Assembly (NCBI RefSeq): GCF_006345805.1
Contig: NC_042998.1
Location: forward strand, 26,536,001 to 26,600,000
Origin: Octopus sinensis
Taxonomy: Eukaryota
Direction: 5' to 3'
DNA: 64,000 nt
Part shown: positions 50,792-62,819 of the stretch, piece by piece
How the letters are laid out: every line of letters starts with the position of its first letter
How positions within the stretch are numbered: the stretch's first letter is position 1
The notes under the pieces: model-generated
What the model saw: the letters and a program-made list of their open reading frames with translations, nothing else
Databases searched by the model: none
Told to the model about the DNA's origin: nothing
Position numbers and translations under genes: made by a program

Positions 50792-51420
50792 GTATGCATG
50801 ACTATGTGGTAAGAAGCTTGCTTTCCAACTACATGGCTCCAAAGTTCAGTTCCACTTCACAGCAACTTGGGCAAATGTCTTCTATATATAGCCTCAGGCT
50901 GACCAAAGCCTTCTGAGTGGATTTGATAGAAACTGGAAGAAGCCCATCGTTTGTGTGCGTGCGTGTCTTTGTACCTGTGTTTGTCTCCCACCACCAGTGT
51001 TGATATATTTACATCCCTGTAACTTAGTGGTTCAGCAGAAGAGATCGATAGAATATGTACCAAGAAGGCGGCGAGCTGGCAGAAATGTTAGCACGCCGGG
51101 TGAAATGCTTAGTGGTATTTTGTCTGCCATTACATTCTGAGTTCAAATTCCGCCGAGGTCGACTTTGCCTTTCATCCTTTCGGGGTCGATAAATCAAGTA
51201 CCAGTTATGCACTGAGGTCGATGTAATTGACTTAATCCGCTTGTCTGTCCTTGTTTGTCCCCTCTACGTTTAGCTCCTCATGGGCAATAAAGAAATAAGA
51301 ATATGTACCAAGTTTTTAAAAAATACTGGTGCTGATTCATTCAATTAAAATTCTTCAAGGTGTTGCTCCAGCATGGCCACGGTCTGATGACTGAAACTAG
51401 TAAAAGTTAAAAGATAAAAT
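50792..51420 (+). mobile_element. SINE family A containing a full family B copy (about 51065-51298)
   Basis: TSD GAATATGTACCAAG flanks the B copy. Confidence 0.85.
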
Positions 51421-51695
51421 ACTTAGTATATAAGCAGTAAATGCACTCTGAAATTTGTTTCTGTTTAAAAAAAAATTAATTGATTCTTATTACTGTCTCT
51501 GTTGGATTTTCTGTATTGTTGAGAAAAACATGCTCAGACTGTTACACTGCATCCTATCTAATAAACTGCTTCATGTCATACTCTATTCACCATGGTTTTC
51601 ATCTAATTTGAGAATTAATGTATTTGTGTGCACTGGATGTGGATAGGCACATGTCATATGAATATTCAATCAAGACTAAACGACAAGGGTTATTA

Positions 51696-52420
51696 ACCCT
51701 TAAATGGTGGAAAAGGGTTGTATGAATGTGTGTGTTAAATGAGCAAAAACCCCAGTTTTTATTTTTTTAGGGTAAATTTTATATTTTTTTTCACTTTGAA
51801 TAAGTACAATAACTAATAGTTGTCAGTGCCTTTCACAATAAATTTTACAATCTTATTGAAAGGTCCATAAAATATTCACTTTCCTTTGTATCTGGTGTGA
51901 GCATAAATTCATTTGAGATTCCCACATTGTGTAGTTGTCAAACAAATGCACAAATGGAGAAAAAAATCAGTGAACTTCTTGCATCCAGAGTTGGTTGAAG
52001 CATCACTTTCTTCTGTGTTATCTAGAGTGTCATCCATCATCATCATCATCATCTACCTCCGATGATGAAAGAAAATCAGAAAAACATTTCTTCATCCCTT
52101 TATAAATCTTACATTTGCAACATGATTTCTCCCATTGATAAGGGGCCACTTACTCTTAAGCACATTTGCCAAAGTAGACACTCAGGCATCAATTGTTGAT
52201 GGCCTTATCCATGTAAACTTTTTGAAACATAAATTTGATGATGCCCGCCATTTTCTAACGAAACATCAATTGACATTGTCTGCCGTTTATAGGTTAGTCA
52301 TTTCTACTAATGCAGCTCTTTGGTACCAGTGTGTTTTTAATGCATTTCTCTTTATCAAACCCAAACTCTGATGAATGCAAAAGAACCAAAAATCAAGATA
52401 TTTTAGGTACGATTATATAA
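51696..52420 (-). pseudogene. Possible piggyBac transposase debris
   Basis: SEYFMDL..IVKFIVKGTDNY and LGLIKRNALKTHW fragments, adjacent TTAACCCTT; motif order atypical. Confidence 0.3.
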
Positions 52421-52739
52421 AGATTGGCCTCTAACAATGTAAAAAGCATTTAAAGGAGATAAAAATACAAAAGCTTTGTGCTACATATCTAGCATACACC
52501 AAATTCATCTGATAACCTTATAATTACTGCTCAAAGTTTGCTCATAGACTGATTAGCTAACACACACACACACAGATACAGACACACATATACATATATA
52601 TGTCAGTATATGTATGTATATATCTGTGTATGTATATAAAAGATATTCTAGTTTAAATATTTCAACGTACAGAAATGCAACACTATCTTATTATTTTCCT
52701 GAACAAGTAATGGATTCTATTTTATATTTTACTTTCTGT

Positions 52740-53100
52740 CAAAATAATGGAAAGTAAAAAAAAATAAATAAATAAAGGAAGAAGAGAATAAAAAGGAAAA
52801 GAAAATGGAAGAAAACGTCATAAGTGGAAAATGGGGGAAAGAAAGAAATGTGAGAAAGCCAAGACGAGAAAAACCAAACAAGAGAACAGTTAGAGGAAAT
52901 TGAATGAAAGTAATCAAAAGATAAATAAGGAAACAAAATAAGGGGGAAAAAAAAGAGAGAAAATAACAGAAAGTCAAAGAAAGTGTGTTAAGAGGAAAAT
53001 AAATTGGGAGGAATGAAAAGCAAAAATGAGAAACAAAAGGGAAAATTAAGAGAAATGAAGAAATATAAAAGATTAAAATTATAAAAGTGAAAAGAAATAT
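52740..53100. repeat. A/G-rich low-complexity tract
   Basis: Nearly all purines on the plus strand. Confidence 0.8.
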
Positions 53101-53429
53101 ATAAAATTATACTAGTTTATAATAGTATGTGAGTTTACTTTAAATGTTTTCAAAGGGTTTTGGTTGTTGTTTTTTCTCTTTTTTTTCCATTGAATTATAT
53201 TTCAGTTGAAACACTTTATACAATGAATAATATGAAATCATTTGTTGCAATTTTATGTAAAGGCCACTAACCTATATAATAATGTAAAAATGATGTTCAA
53301 ACATCCCTGGGGTCTTTTTGGGGTTATTTCAAGTATATTCCCCAAATCCATAAAAGTGGAACAGTGGTGTGGTGCTGCTGCTATTGCACACAATGCATCC
53401 TAGATCCCACCCAGAAAGGGGCAACTTGA

Positions 53430-54650
53430 CTAACTCGGAATAAAGTCACTGATAGAGATCCCTAACCTCATGGCTCACAAGTGCTCTGTCTCTGCTTTTT
53501 CTACTATTACTATGTTGGTTTCTGCTCTTTGGAACTGGCTGGCTTTATTCCACCCATCTAGGCGGCGAGCTGGCAGAATCGTTAGCATGCCAGGTGAAAT
53601 GCTTAATGGTATTTCATCTATTGCTATGTTCTGAGTTCAAATTCCGCCGAGGTCGACTTTGCCTTTCATCCTTTCGGGGTCGATTAAATAAGTACCAGTT
53701 ACGCACTGGGGTCAATATAATCGACTTAATCCATTTGTCTGTCCTTGTTTGTCCTCTCTGTGTTTAGCTCCTTGTGGGTAATAAAGAAATAGGTATTTCG
53801 TCTGCCGCTACGTTCTGAGTTCAAATTCCACCTAGGTCGACTTTGCCTTTCATCCTTTCGGGGTCGATTAAATAAGTACCAATTACGCACTGGAGTCAAT
53901 ATAATCAACTTAATCCGTTTGTGTGTCCTTGTTTGTCCTCTCTGTGTTTAGCTCCTTTTGGGTCGTAAAGAAATAGGTATTTCATCTATCGCTATGTTCT
54001 GAGTTCAAATTCTGTCACGGTTGACTTAGCCCTTCATCCTTTCAGGGTCGTGTGTGTGTGAAGGCGGCAAACTGGCAAAAACATTAGCATGCCGGGTGAA
54101 ATGCTTAGCGGTATTTCATCTGGCTTTATGTTCTGAGTTCAAATTCTACCAAGGTCAACTATGCCTTTCATCCTTTCAGGGTTGATAAATTAAATACCAG
54201 TTGCGTACTGGAGTCGATATAATCAGCTGGGCCCTTCCCCCCAAATTTCAGGCCTTGTGCCTAGAGTAGGAAATAATTGTTAGCACGCCAGGTGAAATGC
54301 TTATTAGTATTTTGTCTGTACTATATTCTGAGTTAAAATTCCGCCAAAATCGACTTTGCCTTCCATCCTTTAGGGGTTGATAAATTAAGTACCAGTGAAA
54401 CACTGGGGTCGAAGTAATCAACTCATTATCTCCCGCAAAATTATTCCACCCATCTCAGGATTTCACAACCTACACATGTCTCTTGCTCTTATTGGCCTAA
54501 TGTTGAAACCCTCTCATATCCACAAGGGCCTTTCATTAATCAGTACACTGAGTCCTTCTTTCCAAGAATGCTGGTTTTCTGGAATTCCCTTCCTGCAGGG
54601 TTTTGACTTGCAAATATTCAAGAGGGATATTAATGGCATTAACCATGCAT
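53430..54650 (+). mobile_element. CR1/Jockey-type LINE 3' fragment split by the SINE-B array
   Basis: FYYYYVGFCSLELAGFIPP | ..ESFFPRMLVFWNSLP..FDLQIFKRDIN. Confidence 0.65.
53560..54440 (+). mobile_element. Array of five same-orientation family B units
   Basis: 15-bp TSD TTATTCCACCCATCT (53545-53559, 54441-54455). Confidence 0.9.
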
Positions 54651-54975
54651 GACTAGTACAAAATAATATGAATATATAAGCAACACGTTTGGTAGAATAA
54701 TCTGAATGCTAAAAGATTAGGGATGTACATGTCTGTGGTATACTCAGCCGTATGTATGTTAATTTCTCAAGCAAGGTGTTTTGTTGATTGAATCAACTAG
54801 AACACTTGTTGCTGTAACCAACAGAGTATCAGACAATTGGTCAGCCCAGAGGATATAGCAGAAGATAGCGTCCAAAGTAACATGCAGCCATGCAATGGGG
54901 GACAGAACCCAAAACCACATGGTTACAAAGTGAACATCTTTACCACAGTCATGTTTGTACCTATTTATACATACT

Positions 54976-55445
54976 TCATCATCATTTAATGTCTATTGTC
55001 CAAGCTGGTATGGGTTGGACAGTTTGACCAGGGCTGGTAAACTGAGGGGCTGCACCAGACTCCAGTCTGATTTGGCATCGTTTCTACAGCTGGATGCCCT
55101 TCCTAACACCAGTCACTTTACAGAGTGTAATGGGTGCTTTTATGTGTCACCAGCATTGGCCTCATTGTCTCTGTGAGGCCCAACACTTAAATAGTGCTTT
55201 TTATATGCCACCAGGACAGGTGTCAGTTACATGAGACTAGCATTGGCCACATTGCCTCTGTGAGGCCCAATGCTCAAATGGTGCTATTTATGTGTCACCG
55301 GCACGGGTGTCAGTTAAATGATACTGGCATTGGCTGCATTGCCTCTGTGAGGCCCAACATTCAAAGATCTTGCTTCACCATCTCATCCCATGTCTTCCTG
55401 GATCTACCTCTACCACAGGTTACCTCCACAGTTAGAGATCAGCAC
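54976..55445 (-). mobile_element. Family C 3' end joined to RTE coding sequence
   Basis: Minus strand TCGRGRSRKTWDEMVKQDL*MLGLTEAM leads into the tandem units. Confidence 0.8.
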
Positions 55446-55472
55446 ACACACACATTGTGTGTGTATATATAT

Positions 55473-55744
55473 AAGTATAGATGGGCTGGACACGTCGCCC
55501 GGCTCACCGATAATTGGTGGACGCACGCAGCTGTCGAGTGGTACCCGCGTGAGCGGAAAAGACCACCCGGAAGACCTCCACGACGGTGGAGTGACGATTT
55601 CAAGAGGACGATTTCAAGAGGACGATTGGGATCACGTGGATGAGAAAGGCGTGATCCAGAGAGGAGTGGACAGCGTGCTGTGACCAGCGGTGTCAAATGG
55701 ACACCTGACAGACTGGTCGGTCAAAGTGATCAAAGTGAAAGTGA
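55473..55744 (+). mobile_element. Second RTE-clade LINE 3' end
   Basis: RWAGHVARLTDNWWTHAAVEWYPRERKRPPGRPPRRWSDDF; AAAGTGA-repeat tail; 14-bp internal duplication. Confidence 0.9.
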
Positions 55745-55759
55745 TATATATATATATAT

Positions 55760-55873
55760 ATCACCGTGACTGACCAGGCTATCAGATGTTGCTACGCATT
55801 GCTGGTCACAATGTGCTTTGCATTGTTTTAGCCTTCAAATGACGCCACTCCGCTGGCTAAGCGAGCAGGCCAA
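55760..55873 (-). mobile_element. Inverted element with a related RTE-type tail
   Basis: Reverse complement TGTGACCAGCAATG..CATCTGATAGCCTGGTCAGTCACGGTGA resembles 55678-55730. Confidence 0.6.
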
Positions 55874-56109
55874 TATATATATATATTTATCTCTATGTAT
55901 GTATGTTTGTATACAGCCATGCATGTGCCTATGTCCAAGAATTAAAGTTTAATATAAAATTTTGCTACGTAAGATGTGAGTGCTTTCAAAACACTTCAAC
56001 AATATCCATGTCTTTCTCTACATTATCAACACTGATTGATTGACTGATTTGGAAGTTCTGGTAAGGAATTGTAAACAGCTCTTGTAATGAATTGTAATTT
56101 ACCTTTTTT

Positions 56110-57030
56110 CAGCAATCCCAAGACAAATAATTAGTTAGCTATGAAAAGAATTTTAAAACACATTCTTTTGCATTAATAATTGTTAGGGCTTCTTAATTCT
56201 TAAGAAACCACCTCCATGTTTCACAGCCTTTAGATATTCAAGAACCACTCAAAATTTTCCTTACTTAATAATTTTCGGTTTTGACTGTCTTTTACTTTTT
56301 TCCCTTTCATTTTCCTCCAGTCTTCCTGCACAAGTATTTCTCTAATAACTTGTTCAGCTTTTATCTTTATTACAAATAACTCAGATGTGCCATTGCTGGC
56401 AGTAGGGATAATTCTTATTTTTGGTTTAACCCACTTTATTCCATCCAAATTCTCTATACATTCTCCCAAAATATATTTCCTATTCCTTTTCTCATTTTCA
56501 CAAATAATTAATGTAACAGCATCATTACATAAGCACTTTTTTGTAGGCTTTGATTCTTTATTATTTGCTTTAGACATATTTAACATTCCTTCCATCACAT
56601 TATATCTAAAAATATTTCTAATCCTATGGCTTACCAAATATATAAGACTTACAGCTTTACATTTAGCATAAAAGTATTTTTCCTTTTTCATCTAGTTTTT
56701 TTTTTTTTTCCTTCATTTTGTTCCTTGAATATTTTACCTTGTATCAGTTGCTTTTTCTTTCATTCTAATGAGAACTGAAGCAAATATTATCCTCTAAAAA
56801 CCATAATTCTTTGAAACACCTTTTTTCTAAAATCTTATATATTTAGAACTAATTCTTTCCTCTATGTTATTTTTCCCATTATAGACACACAACTGAAATG
56901 GGTAACAGAGAGTGGGATTTACTGTTCCAATCTCCTTTCATTCTCTTAACTTTTCATTTTACAGAGATCTTGGCTATTTTCCTTCGGATTAGCAAAATTG
57001 CCATTTGTAATATTTTTTTCTGGAATGATC
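56110..57030 (-). pseudogene. Highly decayed L1/Tx1-like ORF2 N-terminus (APE endonuclease and linker)
   Basis: MAILLIRRKI..CVYNGKNNIEERI..LIYLVSHRI..WVKPKIRI..KGKKVKDS..WFLNI in the expected order, across many stops. Confidence 0.5.
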
Positions 57031-57504
57031 CTTACTTTAAAATGATTTCAATAAACAATCCCTGAAAAGGGAGGAAAAAAACAAACAAAAACAGACAGAT
57101 CACAATAAAATGTTACGTTGTTTTCTATTTGAAGTAATAAATATAATATTAATTGCAAACATAATTTTGTTAGTAAGTGTTTTAACGCTTAACATAATGC
57201 TAACCATAATAATCCAAAATGAGATTAGCCCAAACTAGTAATTTCCTTTATATGATTTTCAGATTAACATCCAATCCATAAAAGGTTTAACTCTTTATTA
57301 AACTAGCCTGATGGGTGGTAAGGAATGCAAAATCATTATGACAGGACAGATGATATTATGATCCTAAGCATTTGTATTAGAAGCAGGTGTATTACTGAAC
57401 TGAAGCCCCAGTCAAGAAAATAAACTCATTGAAACACTAGTTTGCAGTTTTCCATGAAGACACTGCACAAACTGACCTCTACTTTTATTGAAAACATATT
57501 ATTA

Positions 57505-57778
57505 TTATATTTCGTTTTTGGATTTGGTTTGCAAGATTCTTTATATGAGTTTGTGTGTTGAAGCATATTTTGTTGTGTCTGGGGAGAGTAATTTTCTTTT
57601 TTTGCCTTATTATGTAACACACGGAAATAACGGACTGTCAAAACTATTGAAAAGGTTGCAAGACGCAACGAAAATTTTAGGACAATATAAATAAGAAAAA
57701 AGTGGAAATGTTACTGGTGAGTGTGTTACATAATAAGGCACAAAAAGAAAATGACTCTCCCCAGACACAACAGAATAT
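57505..57778. mobile_element. Fold-back repeat family D, second copy
   Basis: Same two ends as 7614-7947 in opposite orientation; TSD-like ATATTATTATTA/ATATTGTTATTA. Confidence 0.7.
57637..57683 (+). ncRNA. Hammerhead-like motif with U3-A8 variant core
   Basis: CTA-TTGAAAA-G-GTTGC aagac GCAAC-GAAA-AT-TT-TAG; also at 7756-7793. Confidence 0.4.
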
Positions 57779-58917
57779 TGTTATTATTTTGTGGCACAAA
57801 CAACACTAATCTAGATATTTTAATAAATAGCTTTTACATAAATATGACAGAAAAAAAATCAGGATAAATTGACTTTAAGATTATTTGGAAAGAAAAACAA
57901 ACCTAGAAAATGTAAAAGTTAGCCTATTTCTTGAAGCTAAAAATATCAGCATAGAGTATTAATTTAAATCAAATGTTACATATCTCTAAAATAGACACCA
58001 TCAAAACCAATTATATACTACTGGAATTAACTTACAAGAGTTATAAGAAACTAATACAATGGTATGCAGTCAGTGAAATCATTTATTGGACATGAATGGC
58101 TTCCAAGAGAATATTCTTACAATTTAGGAATGCATGAGAATTATTTTAGCTCTATAATTTCTAAAAGAATGCAGCATCATTTATGTAATAATTATAATTT
58201 GGCTTTCTACTCTAATTTAGATTTTAATTAACACCTGTGTGAAGGGGTAAATGTATATCTACGTATGCATTACCGCATAAATATTTTAAGTGTAAGCAGC
58301 TATTGAAAATCGTTGACATGATTATATTTTCTGCCTACTTTCGTACATAGGTGTTTACACATAAATTAGATTAGTTACAATGAGCATGAATTTAAGTATG
58401 ATACATTTAGTATTGTGTGTGTAACAAGCAATCTAATCAGACTGAAACATGAGCTTCTGCATGGGAGCAAGTACATGTGCACATATATCTATCTTTCAGT
58501 GGAGGAGTGGCTGCTTTGCCATTGTGTTTTCAGGAAATGAATAACATTTACAATAAATGTTGCTAAATGCTATTAGATTCTAACCCAATTGTAGAATTCA
58601 GAGCCTCTTTATTAATGGAGGGTGTATGAGAGCTAGTCAGGAATTGATAAGGCTGCTTGAGAAATGAGGATGTGGATGAGAATATCTGCACACAAGAGTC
58701 CATTTCATTGGCAGGGATAAAATAATGAGCAAAAAAGAAGAAAAAAAAAACATTGCAGTATAGGCTTGCTTCCCAACCACATAATTTCAAGTTCAGTCCC
58801 ACTGCAAGGCACCTTGGACAAATGTCTTCTATATCCTTAAGCTGATCAAAGCCTCATGAGGAGATTTGGTAGACGGAAACTAAAAGAAGCTTGTCATATA
58901 TATATATATATATATAT

Positions 58918-59114
58918 ATGAGTGGCTGTGTGGTAAAACGCTTGCTTCCCACATGGTTCCAGGTTCAGTCCCACTGCATGGCATCTTGGCCAAGTGTCTT
59001 CTACTATAGCCTCGGGCAGTCAAAGCCTTGTGTGTGGATTTGGAAAATAGAAACTGAAAGAAGCCTGTCCTATATATAAATATATATATATGTGTGTATG
59101 TATGTATATGTATG

Positions 59115-59146
<32 letters not shown>

Positions 59147-59780
59147 TATACATACATTGTGTATGTATGTATGTGTATATGTTTGTGTGTGGAGGCGCAA
59201 TGGCCCAGTGGTTAGGGCAGCGGACTCGCAGTCATAGGATCACAGTTTCGATTCCCAGACCGGGCGTTGTGAGTGTTTATTGAGCGAAAACACCTAAAGC
59301 TCCACGAGGCTCCGGCAGGGATGGTGGTGATCCCTGCTGTACTCTTTCACCACAACTTTCTCTCACTCTTACTTCCTGTTTCTGTTGTACCTGTATTTCA
59401 AAGGGCCAGCCTTGTCACTCTCTGTGTCACGCTGAATATCCCCGAGAACTGCGTTAAGGGTACACGTGTCTGTGGAGTGCTCAGCCACATACACGTTAAT
59501 TTCACGAGCAGGCTGTTCCGTTGATCGGATCAACCGGAACCCTCGTCGTCATAACCGACGGAGTGCTTCCATCCATATGTTTGTGTTTATCTACCCTAAC
59601 ATTGCTTGACAACCAATGCTGGTGCGTTTACATCACTGTAACTTAGCAGTTTGGCAAAAGAGAATAAGTACTAGGCTTACAAAGAATAAGTCCTGGGGGT
59701 CGATTTGCTTGACTAAGTGTGGTGCTCCAGCATGGCCACTGTCAAATGACTGAAACAAGTAAAAAGAATAATAAAAAAAG
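58918..59780 (+). mobile_element. SINE family A hosting an Arg-head SINE
   Basis: Consensus resumes at 59575. Confidence 0.85.
59189..59574 (+). mobile_element. Arg-head SINE with family E 3' module
   Basis: 12-bp TSD ATATGTTTGTGT. Confidence 0.9.
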
Positions 59781-59829
59781 AATATATATGTGCCTGGACA
59801 TCCTTGTTACTTATTTGCTTTATATATAT

Positions 59830-60010
59830 ATCGTTAGCCACTACACACATTTTTTTTCTCTCCTTGTTTTTTCTGTGTCCCTTTCTGTAGAAGAGCGTAG
59901 GCTCGAAACCTAAAAGACTTTTTCTATTCCTGAGCATTATACTAATACATCTGTTTGTTTTGTACACCACCTGTCTTCGTCTTTTGTTTTTTTCGTAAAC
60001 TCTCCCAATA
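59830..60010 (+). mobile_element. Penelope-pLTR-like repeat with hammerhead-like core (59877-59918)
   Basis: CTTT-CTGTAGA-A-GAGC gtag GCTC-GAAA-CC-TA-AAAG; its end also appears reversed at 4380-4406. Confidence 0.45.
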
Positions 60011-60504
60011 TATATATATATTTCATTTTTGTATCTGGTTTGCAAGATTCTTTATGTGAATTTGTGTGTTGAAACAAATTTTGTTGTATCTGAGGAGAGT
60101 CGTACTGCCTTAATATCTAACACAAACTGGCTCAATTTCCACTTACTTATTATTTATATTTTATCCTTTCCAAAATTTTTTTGCTTTTGCAACCTTGTCA
60201 ATGGCTGTTGACACATATAAATGGTGGTGCCCCAGCATGGCCACAGCTCATGAGCTGAAACTAGATCAAATCAAATCTAATCATATGTATATATATATAT
60301 CTAGGAATTTAAAAGTTATGGTTGGTCAGAGAGCAACCACTGATTTCACACTGATAAAGTGCTTAGCAGTATATCTGATGTATGATATATCAGATATCTG
60401 AACTAATGACAATGTGTGTGTGTGTGTGTATTTGTCTCAACCACTGCTTGACAACCAGTGATAGTGTGTTTACATCCTTATAAATTTGTTGTTCAGCAAA
60501 AGAG

Positions 60505-60900
60505 ACAGGTTCCGGGTTCAGTCCCACTGCGTGGCACCTTGGGCAAGTTCTTCTACTATAGCCTTGGGCCAACCAAAGCCTTGTGAGTGGATTTGGTAGA
60601 CAGAAACTGAAAGAAGCCCGTCGTATATATGTATGTGTGTGTGTGTGTCTATGTTTGTCTCCCCAACATCGCTTGACAACCGATGCTGGTGTGTTTACGT
60701 CCCCGTAACCTAGCGGTTCGGCAAAGGAGGCCGATAGAATAAGTACTAGGCTTACAAAGAATAATTCCTGTGGTCGATTTGCTCGGCTAAAGGCAGTGCT
60801 CCAGCATGGCCACAGTCAGATGACTGAAACAAGTAAAAGAGTAAGGCAGAGCCCCAGCATGGCCACAGTCTAGTGACTGGAGCAAGTAAAACATAAAATG
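60505..60900 (+). mobile_element. SINE family A, 5'-truncated with duplicated tail
   Basis: Consensus. Confidence 0.85.
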
Positions 60901-61639
60901 AAAAAATAAAATTATTAGAGAAGAAACTATTAATACAAGTCATAAGATTAGTGTTGTTGTTGTTGCTTAATCCTAGGCAAAATTCTGATCAAGTAGAACT
61001 ATGATTAAAAGCATTCCAGCCATGACTACCATGTCTTTTAAGAATGTGTCTTAAACTGCGTTATTTGTTGTGTCTTTTCCTTATTTAAGAAGACAGAGTA
61101 CAATTTGAGGAAGATTTGGCTGCTATTTCTAACAGATCAAGCTACCACATAGCGGTTCCTTCAATAACATTTAGTCTGGAAAAACAGTCATATTTCCATG
61201 CAAGATTCAATAAAGAATTTATAAGGTCTCCAGAGACAATTTTGTTTTTGCCAAATTTCTTGAGAAAGAATAACACATGTACGAACAGCTTGTCAGTAAA
61301 TCTAGATTTTTCAGAATTTATGCAAATTGAAGATGCTTACAATTATCTCAAGCTATTTTAACGTGCTTCTAACTAGGGGGAAATAGATATGTTATTCAAA
61401 CGATAATCAAAAAGCTCGGAAAGGTTGCCATAAAAGTTAAAACTACTAATTCAGTGGCTCAAGGTGATTTATAAATATACAGATATATATATATATATAG
61501 GAAATAGTGGCACAACAAGGTACCAATTTTTGCTGGAAATAGCAGTGGATAACCATTCGACACTGGGTAAAGCTTCACTGAATGTATAGAGGCAGAGATG
61601 TGTACAGGCAGTGAACATAAAAAATATTCCTCTTAACTC

Positions 61640-61892
61640 TGTGGCGGTGGCACGTAAAATGCACCAATCCGATCGTGGCCGTTGCCAGCCTCGCCTGGCA
61701 CCTGTGCAGGTGGCACGTAAGAAGCACCCACTACACTCATGGAGTGGTTGGCATTAGGAAGGGCATCCAGCTGTAGAAACACTGCCAGATCAGACTGGAG
61801 CCTGGTGCAGCCTTCTGGCTTCCAAGATCCTCGGTCGAACTGCCCAACCCATGCTAGCATGGAAAACGGACGTTAGACGATGATGATGATGA
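61640..61892 (+). mobile_element. Family C RTE 3' end
   Basis: Consensus, (GAT)n tail. Confidence 0.8.
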
Positions 61893-62061
61893 CCTCTAGG
61901 AAGAACATATGAAAATTAATCAAGCTTTTACATCATGTTATCCAATCTACAGAGAAGATGCTAAATTAACCTTACATAGATTTTATATGCCAGTGTCACA
62001 GGAGCCAGTCAGGGGGCACTGACCACAGCTATGATATTGGTTTTACTTGATTCAACAGGTC

Positions 62062-62152
62062 TTCTCATGCATATCATATTGCCTGATACATCAGGGGTAT
62101 GGCCCATTTAAGAGTACCCCTGATGCATCGTACAATATGATATGCTTGAAAA
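62062..62152. repeat. Inverted repeat at the junction of opposed family C pieces
   Basis: GCATATCATATTG..ATCAGGGGTA / TACCCCTGATG..CAATATGATATGC. Confidence 0.85.
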
Positions 62153-62326
62153 AGCACTCACTACACTCTTCGAGTGGTTGGCATTAGGAAAGGCATCTAG
62201 CTGTAGAAACCTTGCCAGGTCAGATTAGAGCTTGGTGCAGCTGCTGGCTCTCCAGACCTCAGTCAAACTGTCCAACTCATGCCAGCATGGAAAACAGACG
62301 TTAAATGATGATGATGATGATAATGA
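62150..62326 (+). mobile_element. Family C RTE 3' end
   Basis: Consensus. Confidence 0.75.
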
Positions 62327-62819
62327 TTGTGTGTGTGAATACACACATTTATGGCTTAGCCAGAAGAGTGTCCATGTTTCTTTCTTGAGGCTTCCAAGAA
62401 CGGTCAGAATAGGGAAGGAAAGTTATCATTAGATCAAAGCTCTGCCTTAAATGCTCGCATCAGAGTAGATTCCACTAAAAGTCATCAAGGGCCAAGATGT
62501 GATTTTAACTTGGATGATGGATTATGTTCAACAGCAAAGAACAGGAATGTTTTATCCAACCAGCTTCCACACAGTTTCCTCCAGTCAAAGTTCATAAAGC
62601 TTTGGTTGGAGGAAACCATAAAGTTTTGGTTGACCCAAAGCTATTGCTAACAAGCAGTTTGTGTTCTTAATGATTCCACCGCTGACATTATTTTTGTTTG
62701 CATTGCTGTTGTTGTTTAGCCCTAGGAGTGCTCTAATCAAGCAGGCATCTTATCACATAAACCATTCTATCCATGACCATCCTCTCATTTTCTTTTCAGC
62801 AGGAGAAACAAGGACTACA

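Noticed and set aside
52729-52977. Phe/Leu-rich membrane-like ORFs
   Set aside because: Reverse translation of an A/G low-complexity tract.
53608-53976. Hammerhead in the 184-bp family B units (retrozyme idea)
   Set aside because: No CUGANGA..GAAA core with stems on either strand.
56103-57061. Large host exon with stops repaired by A-to-I editing
   Set aside because: Frameshifts would also need repair, and a decayed LINE fits better.
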